DNA from: a bacterium
GTDB taxonomy: Bacteria; Fidelibacterota; UBA2242
NCBI GenBank assembly: GCA_018824205.1
Contig: JAHJGX010000058.1
Location: 54,366-118,365 of the forward strand
DNA: 64,000 bases
Reading direction: 5' to 3'
The notes below the pieces were generated by a model that was not told where the DNA came from, did not search any database, and saw nothing but the letters and a program-made list of their open reading frames with translations. The position numbers and the translations under genes are program-made. The stretch's first letter is position 1; each line of letters begins with the position of its first letter. Below are positions 9,465 to 20,244 of the stretch, piece by piece.

Positions 9465-10847
9465 ATGCCGGACCAAGAGCCTTCCTACTTACGCGTACCA
9501 CCCCATGCCGATGAGGCCGAAGTATCGGTTCTGGGGGCCATGATGCTGGACAAAGAGGCTGTGAGCAAAGCCCTTCAACATCTCGATCACACCGCCTTTT
9601 ACAAGGATGGCCATCAGCTGATTTTCCGGTCCATGATGGATCTCTTCAACGATGGCCAGCCCATCGATCAGATCAGTGTCATTGACCGCCTGAAACGGAT
9701 GAAACAGATCGATAAGGCCGGCGGCGTTTACTATATCACCGGACTGGCGGAATCCACACCCTCATCGGCCAATGTGGAATACTACGCCAAAATCGTGCTG
9801 GAAAAATCCATCCTGCGGAAACTGATTCTTTCGGCCACGGATATCCAGGGGGAGGCCTATGAGGCCAAGGAGCCGGCCTTTGATATTCTGGATGCCGCGG
9901 AACAGCGGATTTTTGCCCTCTCCGACAGCCGCCTGAAAGCGGGTTTTAAAAATTTCAGCGACGTGCTGACCCATACCTTTGAACATATTGACAGCATTCA
10001 TCAGAAAAAATTTCACACCACCGGTGTACCTACCGGGATTATCGATCTCGATGACCTGACCTCGGGATTTCAGAACGGGGACCTGGTCATTCTGGCCGGG
10101 CGCCCCAGTATGGGTAAAACCGCCCTGGCCCTGTCCATTGCCAGAAATACTGCTGTGGAATATGGGATCCCCGTGGGAATATTTAGCCTGGAAATGGCGG
10201 ACTACCAGCTGGCCATGCGCCTACTGTGTGCAGAAGCTAAGGTGGACAGTCATCTGGTTCGGACGGGAAAACTGCCCCAGGACCAGTGGCGTCGTCTGAG
10301 TGAACAGACTGGGCGTTTGGCCAAGGCACCTATTTATATTGACGATTCCCCGTCTCTATCCATGATGGAGATTCGTGCGAAAGCCCGCCGTCTGAAGGCG
10401 GAACACGATGTGCAGATGATCGTGGTGGATTACCTGCAGCTGGTCAAGGGCCACCGGGCCGAAAGTCGGCAGCAGGAGATTACGGAAATCTCCCGGAACC
10501 TCAAGGCTCTGGCCAAGGAACTGAGAGTGCCGGTTCTGGCGCTCTCCCAGCTCTCCCGGGCGGTGGAGAACCGGACCGGAGACCATCGGCCGCAGCTTTC
10601 GGATCTGCGGGAATCCGGGGCCATTGAACAGGACGCCGATGTGGTGATGTTTATCTACCGGCCGATTGTCTATAAGCGCCGGATGAATGAAGAGGTGACC
10701 CTGGAGGATGAGCGCAAGGCCGAAATTATCGTTGCCAAGCAGCGCAACGGCCCGACCGATACGGTGAGTATTGTTTTTATCGATAAATATGCCCGGTTTG
10801 AAAACCTGGCCCCCAAACGGGAAGATATGGCGGGGGCACCCTTTTAA
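9465..10847 (+). CDS. dnaB: replicative DNA helicase DnaB
   Basis: DnaB N-terminal domain plus RecA-like domain (GRPSMGKTALAL, Walker B IVVDYLQL). No intein. Confidence 0.95.
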   Translation: MPDQEPSYLRVPPHADEAEVSVLGAMMLDKEAVSKALQHLDHTAFYKDGHQLIFRSMMDLFNDGQPIDQISVIDRLKRMKQIDKAGGVYYITGLAESTPSSANVEYYAKIVLEKSILRKLILSATDIQGEAYEAKEPAFDILDAAEQRIFALSDSRLKAGFKNFSDVLTHTFEHIDSIHQKKFHTTGVPTGIIDLDDLTSGFQNGDLVILAGRPSMGKTALALSIARNTAVEYGIPVGIFSLEMADYQLAMRLLCAEAKVDSHLVRTGKLPQDQWRRLSEQTGRLAKAPIYIDDSPSLSMMEIRAKARRLKAEHDVQMIVVDYLQLVKGHRAESRQQEITEISRNLKALAKELRVPVLALSQLSRAVENRTGDHRPQLSDLRESGAIEQDADVVMFIYRPIVYKRRMNEEVTLEDERKAEIIVAKQRNGPTDTVSIVFIDKYARFENLAPKREDMAGAPF

Positions 10848-13030
10848 TGACCAGACCCCTGATCGACAAAGTGCTGTCCCGGAAGAGCCGGCGTCCCCAG
10901 AAATTCTACGCCCTGGTACGGTCATCAGAGGAGGGAATCTCCTTCAATAAAGCCGATGAAGATTTTCTCTGGGAGGTCTATAGCTTTGCCCGAGAAGCCC
11001 ACCGCGGTCAGCTGCGCAAATCCGGTGAGCCCTATTTTGAACACCCCTATCAGACGGCCCTGATCCTGGCGGAAATGAACATGGACCCCGTGACTATTGC
11101 CTGCGGTCTGATGCATGACGTTATCGAGGATACCAATGTCCGTTACGAGGACCTGGATGTCCGTTTCGGGCCGGAAGTGGCGAAACTGGTGGAGGGAGTC
11201 ACCAAGATCAGCGGAATCAGTTTTCGCAACCGGCAGGAGGAACAGGCTGATAATTTCCGCAAGATGCTGCTCAGTGTGGCCGAGGATATCCGGGTCCTGA
11301 TTATCAAACTGGCCGATCGGTTCCATAATATGCAGACCCTGGATTCCTTACCCCCGGTGAAGCGCCGGCGGATTGCCATCGAGACCCGGGACGTCTATGC
11401 ACCCCTGGCCCATCGTCTGGGAATGTTCAAGATGAAGTCTGCCCTGGAGGACTTGGTCCTGAAAGCACTGGATCCCGAAGCCTACAAATTCCTGATGAAA
11501 AAGGTCCGGGACAAGCGCGGCGAGCGGGAAAAATACATTGCCAGCTTTGTAGAACCCCTGAATAATGCCCTGAAGGAGCAGGGGCTGAAGGCCGCCATCT
11601 TTGGCCGGCCCAAGCATTTTTACTCAATTTATAAAAAAATGAAATCCCGGAACAAGCCCTTTGAGGAAATCTATGACCTGCTGGCTATCCGGGTAATCGT
11701 GCCTCATAAAGAGGACTGCTATACCGTGCTGGGGGTGGCTCACGATCTCTTTACACCGGTGATGGACCGTTTCAAGGACTATGTGGCCAACCACAAGGCC
11801 AATTACTATCAATCAATCCATACCACGGTTTACGGCGAGGGTGGCCGCGTGGTGGAAATTCAGATCCGGACCCAGGAGATGGACCAGATTGCCGAAGAGG
11901 GTATCGCGGCCCACTGGCGCTATAAAGAGGGACGAACCCGCGCCGACGAAGTGGACAAGTATGTGGGCTGGCTACGGGACCTCATTGATGTCCTGAAAAC
12001 CGAATCCGGAGATCCCAAGGATTTCATGGATACCCTGAAGATCGATCTCTTCAAGGACGAGATATTTGTCTTTACCCCTATGGGGGACCTGATTCGACTG
12101 CCCAAAGGGGCCACCTCGGTGGATTTTGCCTTTGAAGTGCATACGGCCGTGGGTTACCGCTGTATCGGTTCGAAAGTGGACGGTAAAATGGTGCCTCTGA
12201 ACGGGGAGCTTAAGAGCGGCGAAACCGTGGAGATCATTACCTCGGAAAACCAGCGGCCCAGCTACGCCTGGCTGAAATTTGTCAAGACCTCCAAGGCCGT
12301 GGGGGCCATCAAGCGCTATATCCGCAAGACCCAGTTTGATGAGAGTGTCCAGCTGGGGAAGGAGATTATTGACAAGGAAAACCAGAAAAATAAACGCTTG
12401 CCCTTTTCAAAAACCGTCCAGAAACGCTTCAAGGAGTTGGGCTACGACGATCTGGAGCGCTTTTACGCAGCCGTTGGCAGTGGTTTAGTCACCACTCCGG
12501 CGATCTATTCCAAACTGTTTCCCCAGGATAGTACGGAGCCGGAGGTACAGAAGGACCTGGACTCCCTGTTTATTGAGAAGGCCCGCCAGAATATCAAGGG
12601 CATCAAGGTTCAGGGCATCGTGAACATGATGGTCAATTTCGCTAAATGCTGTAATCCCATCCCCGGGGATGCGATCATCGGGTTTGTCAGCCGGGGGCGG
12701 GGGATCATTATTCATAAGAGTGACTGCAGCAACATTCCGGCCCTGCTCAAGGAAAACGAACGGTTGCTGGATGTCGACTGGGATGTGGACCGGAACCAGC
12801 AGTTTCTGGCCCAGATTAAAATCATGGGACAGGAACGTAAGAATTTTTTAAAGGATGTCGTTGAGCTTATCTCATCGACCAATACCAATATTGTCAGTAT
12901 TGACGGTAACGTGGACGATACAATCATACACGTATCGCTGGTGCTGCAGGTGGGCAACCTGAAACACCTGTCCCGAATTATCAGCAAGATACAAGGTGTC
13001 CAAGGAATTATATCAATTGAACGCAAATAA
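10847..13030 (+). CDS. relA: bifunctional (p)ppGpp synthetase/hydrolase RelA/SpoT family
   Basis: HD domain (HDVIED), synthetase domain, TGS and ACT C-terminal domains, 727 aa. The start overlaps the dnaB stop. Confidence 0.95.
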   Translation: MTRPLIDKVLSRKSRRPQKFYALVRSSEEGISFNKADEDFLWEVYSFAREAHRGQLRKSGEPYFEHPYQTALILAEMNMDPVTIACGLMHDVIEDTNVRYEDLDVRFGPEVAKLVEGVTKISGISFRNRQEEQADNFRKMLLSVAEDIRVLIIKLADRFHNMQTLDSLPPVKRRRIAIETRDVYAPLAHRLGMFKMKSALEDLVLKALDPEAYKFLMKKVRDKRGEREKYIASFVEPLNNALKEQGLKAAIFGRPKHFYSIYKKMKSRNKPFEEIYDLLAIRVIVPHKEDCYTVLGVAHDLFTPVMDRFKDYVANHKANYYQSIHTTVYGEGGRVVEIQIRTQEMDQIAEEGIAAHWRYKEGRTRADEVDKYVGWLRDLIDVLKTESGDPKDFMDTLKIDLFKDEIFVFTPMGDLIRLPKGATSVDFAFEVHTAVGYRCIGSKVDGKMVPLNGELKSGETVEIITSENQRPSYAWLKFVKTSKAVGAIKRYIRKTQFDESVQLGKEIIDKENQKNKRLPFSKTVQKRFKELGYDDLERFYAAVGSGLVTTPAIYSKLFPQDSTEPEVQKDLDSLFIEKARQNIKGIKVQGIVNMMVNFAKCCNPIPGDAIIGFVSRGRGIIIHKSDCSNIPALLKENERLLDVDWDVDRNQQFLAQIKIMGQERKNFLKDVVELISSTNTNIVSIDGNVDDTIIHVSLVLQVGNLKHLSRIISKIQGVQGIISIERK

Positions 13031-13042
13031 AGGAGGAAGTTC

Positions 13043-13345
13043 ATGCGTACCCGAACCTATACGAAAAAAGAGATTGTCAAGAAAACGGCCGAGCGCCTGG
13101 ATCTGAAAGTGACCGACACCGAAGCGATTGTCGATGGTGTTTTTGTTACCCTGAGGGAAATGCTCAGCGAAGAGGTTCAGAGCCTGCGGATTGAGATCCG
13201 GGGTTTTGGGGTCTTTGAGGTCAAACAAACCAAAGCCAAACCGAAAGCCCGTAATCCGCGCACCAACGAAGTGGTTTACGTACCACCCCGTAAAAAGACC
13301 CATTTTAAGCCGGGAAAACTGATTAAGTCTGCCCTGAAAAAGTAG
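13043..13345 (+). CDS. HU/IHF family DNA-binding protein
   Basis: 100 aa with the HU-fold signature (RGFGVFEVKQTKAKPKARNPRTNEVVYVPPRKKTHFKPG). Confidence 0.8.
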   Translation: MRTRTYTKKEIVKKTAERLDLKVTDTEAIVDGVFVTLREMLSEEVQSLRIEIRGFGVFEVKQTKAKPKARNPRTNEVVYVPPRKKTHFKPGKLIKSALKK

Positions 13346-13389
13346 TCCGATTCGTTCAGTTTCCGTGGAATAATACAGAACGGAGTTGT

Positions 13390-14964
13390 GTGAATTATTC
13401 ACAAACCGATCGCCTTCAGTCAGTTCCCAACTGGCTGCTGATCCTTAGTTCAGGGTTGCTGACAGTGGCCTCATTTCCGCCCCTGCCCCTGGGATTTCTG
13501 GCCTATATCAGCCTGATTCCCCTGATGCTTCTCTTTCTTAAGGAGGACTATCACCTGGGTTTTGAAAAGGGCTACCTGTTCGGACTGCTGCTGAACCTGG
13601 GGATCATGTATTGGCTGGCCTTCAATCAGGGCACGGATTGGTACTGGGCGACCCTATCCATGCTGGCGGGGGTTCTGTTCCTGGCCCTGAATTACGGATT
13701 GATCGGTTTTCTGGTGGGATTTATCGGTCGCCGCTGGGGCCCCCTGGCAGGCCTCTGGTCCTGGCCAGTGGTTTGGGTTGCCGTGGAATATTTACGCTCT
13801 TTCGGGAAAATGGGCTTTACCTGGAACAACCTCTGTTATTCCCAGAGTCAGGCTACCCAATTGATTCAGTTTGTCTCCATTACTGGGGCTAACGGAGTTA
13901 GTTTTCTAGTGGTTCTGATCAATGTTCTGTTGATTACTATCTGGTTGCAATCGGGAAAAAACCGGCGCCGAATCCCGCGTCCGGTTGTAGCGATTGTGGG
14001 TCTGTTTCTGTTGCTGGAGATATTCGGTATCTGGCAACTGCGGGGTGTGTCGAACAGGGAACCGCGGCGAAAAGTCCATGTCTCTCTGATTCAACCCAAT
14101 GTGGACCCCAATGAGAAGTGGGACCGGGATTCCTTTTATACTGTCATGCAGCTACTGCATGACCTGAGCGATTCCTCAGCCATTGAACCCCGGGACCTGA
14201 TTGTCTGGCCGGAAACCGCGACACCTACCTATCTGCGGAAAAACCGGGGGCGTTCCCTGGACCGCATCTACCGGCACCTGGAGCAGCTGGACAGCCATCT
14301 GCTCACCGGGGTACCGGATTTTGAGTTTGAGGACGATGAGACCTACAAGGTCTATAACGCCACCTTTCTGTTGCGACCCCATGATCAACGGATCGAATCC
14401 TACCGCAAAATGAAACTGGTGCCCTTCGGAGAATATATTCCCCTGGCAGAGCTCTTTCCCAATCTCAACAATCTGAACCTGGGTCAGGGACTCTTTCAGC
14501 CCGGCACCGAAGCCACGGTATTTCACATTCCTCTGAAGGTGGACAGCTTGGCCAATCAGGATACTACCCTTGATTTCAGTTCGGTAATCTGTTTTGAGTC
14601 TACTTTTCCCTATATCGTCAGGCAGGGTATCCGCAATGGTGCTGAACTGCTGGCTATTGTCACAAACGACGCCTGGTACGGGAACAATTCGGCCCCCTAT
14701 CTGCACATGCAGATTGCCCGTTTCCGGGCCATTGAAAACCGGGTTTCCGTGGTGCGCTCGGCCAATACCGGCATCTCCTGTATCTGCGATGGCCAGGGTC
14801 GTGTCCTGACGCAACTGGGATTTGGTGAAACAGGCTGGCTGTCAGCGGAACTGGAGCAGGGGGGTCCGCAAACTTTTTATACCCGTTTCGGAAACTGGTT
14901 TGGGGTCTTGAACGTTATAGCACTGTGTGTGCTGCTTGGATTTAGTCTTATGAGGAGAAAATAA
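13390..14964 (+). CDS. lnt: apolipoprotein N-acyltransferase
   Basis: N-terminal polytopic TM region plus a C-terminal CN-hydrolase domain (E...K...C triad context), 524 aa. Confidence 0.85.
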   Translation: MNYSQTDRLQSVPNWLLILSSGLLTVASFPPLPLGFLAYISLIPLMLLFLKEDYHLGFEKGYLFGLLLNLGIMYWLAFNQGTDWYWATLSMLAGVLFLALNYGLIGFLVGFIGRRWGPLAGLWSWPVVWVAVEYLRSFGKMGFTWNNLCYSQSQATQLIQFVSITGANGVSFLVVLINVLLITIWLQSGKNRRRIPRPVVAIVGLFLLLEIFGIWQLRGVSNREPRRKVHVSLIQPNVDPNEKWDRDSFYTVMQLLHDLSDSSAIEPRDLIVWPETATPTYLRKNRGRSLDRIYRHLEQLDSHLLTGVPDFEFEDDETYKVYNATFLLRPHDQRIESYRKMKLVPFGEYIPLAELFPNLNNLNLGQGLFQPGTEATVFHIPLKVDSLANQDTTLDFSSVICFESTFPYIVRQGIRNGAELLAIVTNDAWYGNNSAPYLHMQIARFRAIENRVSVVRSANTGISCICDGQGRVLTQLGFGETGWLSAELEQGGPQTFYTRFGNWFGVLNVIALCVLLGFSLMRRK

Positions 14965-15632
14965 TGCCGAAGAGAATCGTGCCCCTTGTTCTGATACCGC
15001 TGCTGCTTTTAGTAATGGTTTCCGCAAATGCCCAGGAATCTGAACCAACGGATTCCCTGCTGTCCGTGCAGACTGCCCGGGGACTGCTGCTGAAAAGTAT
15101 GCTATTGCCGGGCTGGGGTGAACATAGCCTGAATTATCACAAACGGGGCTTTGCCCTGAACAGCAGCGAGCTCCTTTTCTGGGTGGGCTACGCTGCCCTG
15201 CTCTATTTTGGCGATTCCGCCGAACAGGATATGCAGGCCTACGCCGCCACCCATGCGGGCATTGAACCCAGAGGCAAGGATATCTATTACTTTACCGATA
15301 TCGGCAATTATAACAATCTTTATGAATACAACGATCAGAAGTTGCGTTACCGTCAGTATACCAGTCTCTATCCCGATACCGATGAGTATTTCTGGGCCTG
15401 GGACAGTGACGCGTCACGGAAGAAGTTTGACGGACTGCGTTACGACAGCCAGCAGCTCCTGCATTTGGCCAGTTTCGCCCTGGGCGGTTTGATCGTGAAC
15501 CGGATTGTCAGTATGATTGACGTGATTGCATTGACCAAGGATCGCCTGGAAACCCCGATCAGTGAGGTTCAGGCTCTGGTATTACCCCAACGGAACGCGC
15601 TGACCCTGTCCCTGAGTATTGGATTCAAATGA
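14964..15632 (+). CDS. secreted hypothetical protein (DUF5683-like LPGWG motif)
   Basis: Signal peptide and LLPGWGEHSL motif. Start overlaps the lnt stop. Confidence 0.4.
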   Translation: MPKRIVPLVLIPLLLLVMVSANAQESEPTDSLLSVQTARGLLLKSMLLPGWGEHSLNYHKRGFALNSSELLFWVGYAALLYFGDSAEQDMQAYAATHAGIEPRGKDIYYFTDIGNYNNLYEYNDQKLRYRQYTSLYPDTDEYFWAWDSDASRKKFDGLRYDSQQLLHLASFALGGLIVNRIVSMIDVIALTKDRLETPISEVQALVLPQRNALTLSLSIGFK

Positions 15633-16369
15633 AGCAATTAGATCCCCGGGCTAAACTATTCTGGTCTTTTGCCTGGATGATCAGCCTGTTTCTGATTTAC
15701 AGCAGCCAGGGACAGATGCTCTGCCTGGTCCTGACTCTGCTGCTGATTCGGATCAACGGGATGCGCCTGAACCGGGTACTCCACTCGGTGCGCTACCTGT
15801 TGGTGTTTTTACCGCTTACTTTCCTGGTCCACCTGCTGCTCACCAGCCGGGGCTGGCGGCTGTTTACCGGGGAATTGCAGTTTAGTCTGACCCTTTTGGA
15901 ACAGCCGGTACTGTTCACTATCCGGGTGACCAATCTGATCCTGTTGATGGCCTTTGTGCTGCAATGGATCCGGGACATTGAATTTCTGGATGCGGTCTAT
16001 CAACTCTTGCGACCTCTGCAACGCCTGGGCTGGCGAATTGATGATTTTTTTCAGATTATTTTTATCGCCGTGAAATTTTTCCCCATCCTCCGGGAGGAGT
16101 ACCGGCGGCTGGATGAGGGTTGGAAGCTCTTAAGCGATAGTCCGGATGGGCGTCTGACGGAGCGTGTTCGGCGGGTCCGGAAATCTCTGGTCCCCTTGAT
16201 GATTTTCAGTTTTCAGCGGGCCGAGACCCTGGCCGATGCGATCAGTGTGCGGGGCTATGACGCCGGTGTTCGGCGCAGCGCCTATCAGCCCCTGAATTTT
16301 CGCCTGGGGGACTGGCTCAGCTGCGGCCTGGCCCTGAGTCTGTTAGTTTCAATTATTATATGGGTATAA
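15629..16369 (+). CDS. ecfT: energy-coupling factor transporter transmembrane component EcfT (CbiQ family)
   Basis: Polytopic membrane protein of about 246 aa with a CbiQ-like topology and a conserved Arg-rich cytoplasmic loop. Confidence 0.7.
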   Translation: MKQLDPRAKLFWSFAWMISLFLIYSSQGQMLCLVLTLLLIRINGMRLNRVLHSVRYLLVFLPLTFLVHLLLTSRGWRLFTGELQFSLTLLEQPVLFTIRVTNLILLMAFVLQWIRDIEFLDAVYQLLRPLQRLGWRIDDFFQIIFIAVKFFPILREEYRRLDEGWKLLSDSPDGRLTERVRRVRKSLVPLMIFSFQRAETLADAISVRGYDAGVRRSAYQPLNFRLGDWLSCGLALSLLVSIIIWV

Positions 16370-16372
16370 AGG

Positions 16373-17107
16373 GTGCTGCAACGCTTTAGACTGAACCTGG
16401 AATACGACGGAACGGACTTCCGCGGCTGGCAGCGCCAGCGGCGGGAACGGACGGTCCAGCAGGAGATGGAGGAGGCCCTGGCGGAGCTGAATCACGGGCA
16501 GCCGGTGACGCTGATCGGTTCCGGGCGCACCGATGCCGGAGTGCATGCTCTGGGGCAGGTGGCTCATTTCGATCTGGATACAAACCTGGATGCTGCGACC
16601 TTGCGGAAAGCCCTGAATGCCAAAACCGGTGTCGATATTTATATTCGGGATTGCTGCCCGGTTGAGGCGGATTTTCATGCCCGCTTCGGGGCCCGGCGGC
16701 GGACCTATGTGTATCGAATCTGCCTGAACCGGGTGGTCCTGGAGCGCCGAACCAGCTGGCAGACCGATGACCGCTTTGATGAAAACACCCTGCACGAGTG
16801 TGCGGCCTGTCTGCCTGGGGAGCACGATTTTACCCGGCTAAGCCGGGCCGCGGCGGAACCGGAATCAAAAATTTGCATTATCTACGATTCCAAATGGATT
16901 AAAGGCGATAATTTCTTAAATTACACAATTATTGGTAACCGCTTTTTACATAGTATGGTACGAATGCTGGTTGGCACCATGGCTACAGTAGCCCGGGGTA
17001 AAGGACAGGTGGCGGACTTTCAAGCCCTGGTGGAAAACCGGGCAAGTGGAATGACTGCTGTTACCGCACCGCCTCAGGGTTTGTTTTTGCAAAAAGTGGA
17101 TTATTAA
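16373..17107 (+). CDS. truA: tRNA pseudouridine(38-40) synthase
   Basis: N-terminal RFRLNLEYDGTDFRGWQRQ and the catalytic Asp motif GSGRTDAGVHA. GTG start. Confidence 0.9.
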   Translation: MLQRFRLNLEYDGTDFRGWQRQRRERTVQQEMEEALAELNHGQPVTLIGSGRTDAGVHALGQVAHFDLDTNLDAATLRKALNAKTGVDIYIRDCCPVEADFHARFGARRRTYVYRICLNRVVLERRTSWQTDDRFDENTLHECAACLPGEHDFTRLSRAAAEPESKICIIYDSKWIKGDNFLNYTIIGNRFLHSMVRMLVGTMATVARGKGQVADFQALVENRASGMTAVTAPPQGLFLQKVDY

Positions 17108-17119
17108 AGAGGATGACAA

Positions 17120-18232
17120 GTGAGATCAATTTTCCGTAATAGTAAATTCTTTCTGTTTTTCCTGATGAGCTCGATAGGGCTGTTTGCGCAATTCAGTAAA
17201 TTTCAAGACGAGATTATGGCTTCCCGGGAAACCGCCATCACCCGGGCAGTGGAAGCAGTCAGTCCGGCCGTGGCCGGGATCAATGTTACGGCGATACAGG
17301 AATATGCGACATCGGCTTTTTTCAACGATCCCCTTTGGAATATGCTGTTTCCCGACCAGATTCACCGCCGCCGAGTCAAGAGTCTGGGCTCCGGTGTGGT
17401 CATCAGTGAGGACGGGTACGTGATTACCAATGCCCATGTGGTGGAGGGTGCCGAGGAGATTGTAGTGACCCTGATTGGCGGTCAGGAACACAAGGCCCAC
17501 ATGATCGGGATGGACAACGTTTCCGATATCGCGCTGCTCAAGATCAAGGGCAAGGATTTTCCCTCAGCCCGTTTTGGTGACTCTAACGATGTGATTATCG
17601 GCGAGTGGGTCATCGCCCTGGGCAATCCCTTTGGCCTTTTCAATGTCAATTTCAAACCCACGGCCACGATTGGTATTGTATCGGCGAAAAATCTGAATTT
17701 CGGGCGCCAGCAGAGCGGCCGGATTTTCCAGGATATGATCCAGACTGACGCCTCGATTAACACGGGCAACAGCGGCGGGCCGCTGGTCAACGCCCATGGT
17801 GAGGTCATCGGGATCAACACCTTTATTTTTACCGGCAACGCTTACAGTGAAGGTTCCGTGGGAGTGGGATTTGCAGTGCCCGTTAACCGGGTCACCACTA
17901 TCGTCGAGGAACTCAAGCGCTATGGCAAAATTGACCGCACCTTCCGGACCGGCCTCTCGGTGCAGAACATTGACCGGTTCCTGGCCCGCTACCTGAACCT
18001 CAGTTCTACCAGCGGTGTGATCGTGACCGAGGTGGAATCCGGCAGTTCAGCTGCTAATGCCGGAATCAAGGTGGGGGATGTGATTACCGAGGTCAACGGT
18101 AAAGAGATCAAGACCGACAGCGATATTATTCAGGAGATTCAGGAAAAATTTCTGAAGGCCGGGGATGTGATTGAACTGAAAGTGCTCCAGGGAGACAAGG
18201 ATATGAATATTCGCATGGAGCTGGGAAAATAA
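17120..18232 (+). CDS. S1C (HtrA/DegP/DegQ-family) periplasmic serine protease with one PDZ domain
   Basis: Trypsin-like catalytic triad context (TNAHVV, D, GNSGGPL) plus a C-terminal PDZ domain. Signal/TM N-terminus and GTG start. Confidence 0.85.
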   Translation: MRSIFRNSKFFLFFLMSSIGLFAQFSKFQDEIMASRETAITRAVEAVSPAVAGINVTAIQEYATSAFFNDPLWNMLFPDQIHRRRVKSLGSGVVISEDGYVITNAHVVEGAEEIVVTLIGGQEHKAHMIGMDNVSDIALLKIKGKDFPSARFGDSNDVIIGEWVIALGNPFGLFNVNFKPTATIGIVSAKNLNFGRQQSGRIFQDMIQTDASINTGNSGGPLVNAHGEVIGINTFIFTGNAYSEGSVGVGFAVPVNRVTTIVEELKRYGKIDRTFRTGLSVQNIDRFLARYLNLSSTSGVIVTEVESGSSAANAGIKVGDVITEVNGKEIKTDSDIIQEIQEKFLKAGDVIELKVLQGDKDMNIRMELGK

Positions 18233-19524
18233 TGATTGAACGCTATACGCGCCCGGAGATGGGGCAGATCTGGTCCGATGAAAATAAGTACCGCTGCTGG
18301 TGGCAGGTGGAACGGGAGGTTTGCCGGGTCCAGCACGAGCGGGGACTGATCCCCGACGCCGACTGGCAGGCGATTAATCAGAAGGCCGATTTCTCCGTGG
18401 CTCGGATTCTGGAAATTGAAGTGGAGGTCAAACACGATGTAATCGCCTTTTTGAGCGATGTGGCGGAGCACGTGGGACCGGCCTCCCGGTTTATTCATAA
18501 GGGCATGACCTCTTCGGACCTCCTGGATACGGCCCTGGCCCTGCAGCTGCGTGAAGCCGGGGAACTGATCCTGAAACAGATCATAGCGTTGATTGAGCTT
18601 CTGAGTGCCAAAGCCCGGCAGTATAAAGAGCAGCTGATGATTGGGCGGACCCACGGCATTCACGCTGAACCGATCAGTTTTGGCCTGAAATTTCTGATCT
18701 GGCGGGAAGAACTGAAACGGCAGCTGAGACGCTTTCAACTGGCCCTGGAAGATGTGAAAGTGGGCAAGATTTCCGGGGCCGTGGGCACCTATCAGCACAT
18801 TGATCCCGAGGTGGAAATCCGGGTTTGTGAGAATCTTGGCCTGAGTGCCGCACCGGTGAGTAACCAGATCGTCCAGCGCGACCGGCACGCCTTTTTTGTG
18901 GCCACTCTGGCGGTCATCGGGGCGAGCCTGGAAAAAATTGCCACGGAAATCCGGCACCTGCAGCGCACCGAAGTACTGGAGGCCGAAGAATTTTTCAGCA
19001 TGGGGCAGAAAGGCTCCTCCGCCATGCCCCACAAGCGCAATCCGATCCTGACGGAACGGATTTGCGGGATGGCCCGGCTCTTACGGGGCTATGCAATGTC
19101 GGCCATGGAAAATGTGGCCCTCTGGCACGAGCGGGATATTTCCCACTCCTCCGCCGAACGGGTTCTGCTGCCGGACAGCTGTATTACCATCGATTTTATC
19201 CTGGCCGAAACCATCCGGGTCCTGCAAAACCTGCTGGTCTATCCGGAAAATATGCGGAAAAATCTGGAACGCACCGGCGGCCTGATCTTTTCACAGGAAT
19301 TGCTGCTGGCCCTGGTGGCCAAGGGTCTAACCCGGGAGGCGGCTTACGCTTTGGTACAGAAAAGCGCGATGGAGGCCTGGAATGAAGGTGCGGATTTCAA
19401 GGGGCTGATCCTGGCGGATCCGGCGATTGGGGAATACCTGGATTACGGAGAGATCAAAAATCTTTTTAATTATGCAAAAGTGCTGCGCTGTATCGACGTA
19501 ATCTATCAAAAACTGGGAGATTAA
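18232..19524 (+). CDS. purB: adenylosuccinate lyase
   Basis: MIERYTRPEM N-terminus and the fumarate-lyase signature GSSAMPHKRNP. Confidence 0.95.
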   Translation: MIERYTRPEMGQIWSDENKYRCWWQVEREVCRVQHERGLIPDADWQAINQKADFSVARILEIEVEVKHDVIAFLSDVAEHVGPASRFIHKGMTSSDLLDTALALQLREAGELILKQIIALIELLSAKARQYKEQLMIGRTHGIHAEPISFGLKFLIWREELKRQLRRFQLALEDVKVGKISGAVGTYQHIDPEVEIRVCENLGLSAAPVSNQIVQRDRHAFFVATLAVIGASLEKIATEIRHLQRTEVLEAEEFFSMGQKGSSAMPHKRNPILTERICGMARLLRGYAMSAMENVALWHERDISHSSAERVLLPDSCITIDFILAETIRVLQNLLVYPENMRKNLERTGGLIFSQELLLALVAKGLTREAAYALVQKSAMEAWNEGADFKGLILADPAIGEYLDYGEIKNLFNYAKVLRCIDVIYQKLGD

Positions 19525-19530
19525 TATTTG

Positions 19531-20244
19531 ATGAATACCAAACAAAAACTTTATGAAGGCAAAGCTAAAATACTCTACAAAACCGCTGATCCCGAGGTCC
19601 TGCTGCAATATTTCAAGGACGACGCCACCGCCTTTGATGGTGTTAAAAAAGGCACGATTATCGGTAAAGGGGTGGCCAATAATACAATCAGTTCCAATCT
19701 GTTTCGCCTGCTCAGGGAGCAGGGCATCGACTCCCATTTTGTGGACAAGATTTCCGACAACGAGATGCTGGTGAAAAATGTGGACATTGTGCCCGTTGAG
19801 CTAGTGGTTCGCAATATTTCCACTGGCAGTCTTTGCCGACGCTATGGGATCAACGAGGGGATCGTTTTCGGGGAGCCCATTGTGGAACTCTACTACAAAG
19901 ACGATGAACTCCACGATCCGTTGATGAATGACGACCATGTGCTGGCTATGGAGCTGGCCAGTCGGGAGGAACTGGCGGTGATGAAGGACCAGGCCTTGCG
20001 GGTCAATGCTATTCTCAGGGAGTTTTTTGATTCCATCGGCATCAATCTGGTAGATTTTAAACTGGAATTCGGGCGCTTTCACGGACAGATTCTGCTGGCC
20101 GATGAAATTTCACCCGATACCTGCCGCTTCTGGGAAAAAGGCAGTATGCGCAAGTTGGACAAGGACCGCTTCCGCCAGGACCTGGGGGATGTGGAAAAAA
20201 CCTACACGGAGATGATGCAACGGATCGCAGAGAAAATATCATGA
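19531..20244 (+). CDS. purC: phosphoribosylaminoimidazole-succinocarboxamide synthase (SAICAR synthetase)
   Basis: Conserved YEGKAK start and SAICAR synthetase motifs. ATG at 19531 is preferred over the TTG at 19528. Confidence 0.95.
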   Translation: MNTKQKLYEGKAKILYKTADPEVLLQYFKDDATAFDGVKKGTIIGKGVANNTISSNLFRLLREQGIDSHFVDKISDNEMLVKNVDIVPVELVVRNISTGSLCRRYGINEGIVFGEPIVELYYKDDELHDPLMNDDHVLAMELASREELAVMKDQALRVNAILREFFDSIGINLVDFKLEFGRFHGQILLADEISPDTCRFWEKGSMRKLDKDRFRQDLGDVEKTYTEMMQRIAEKIS

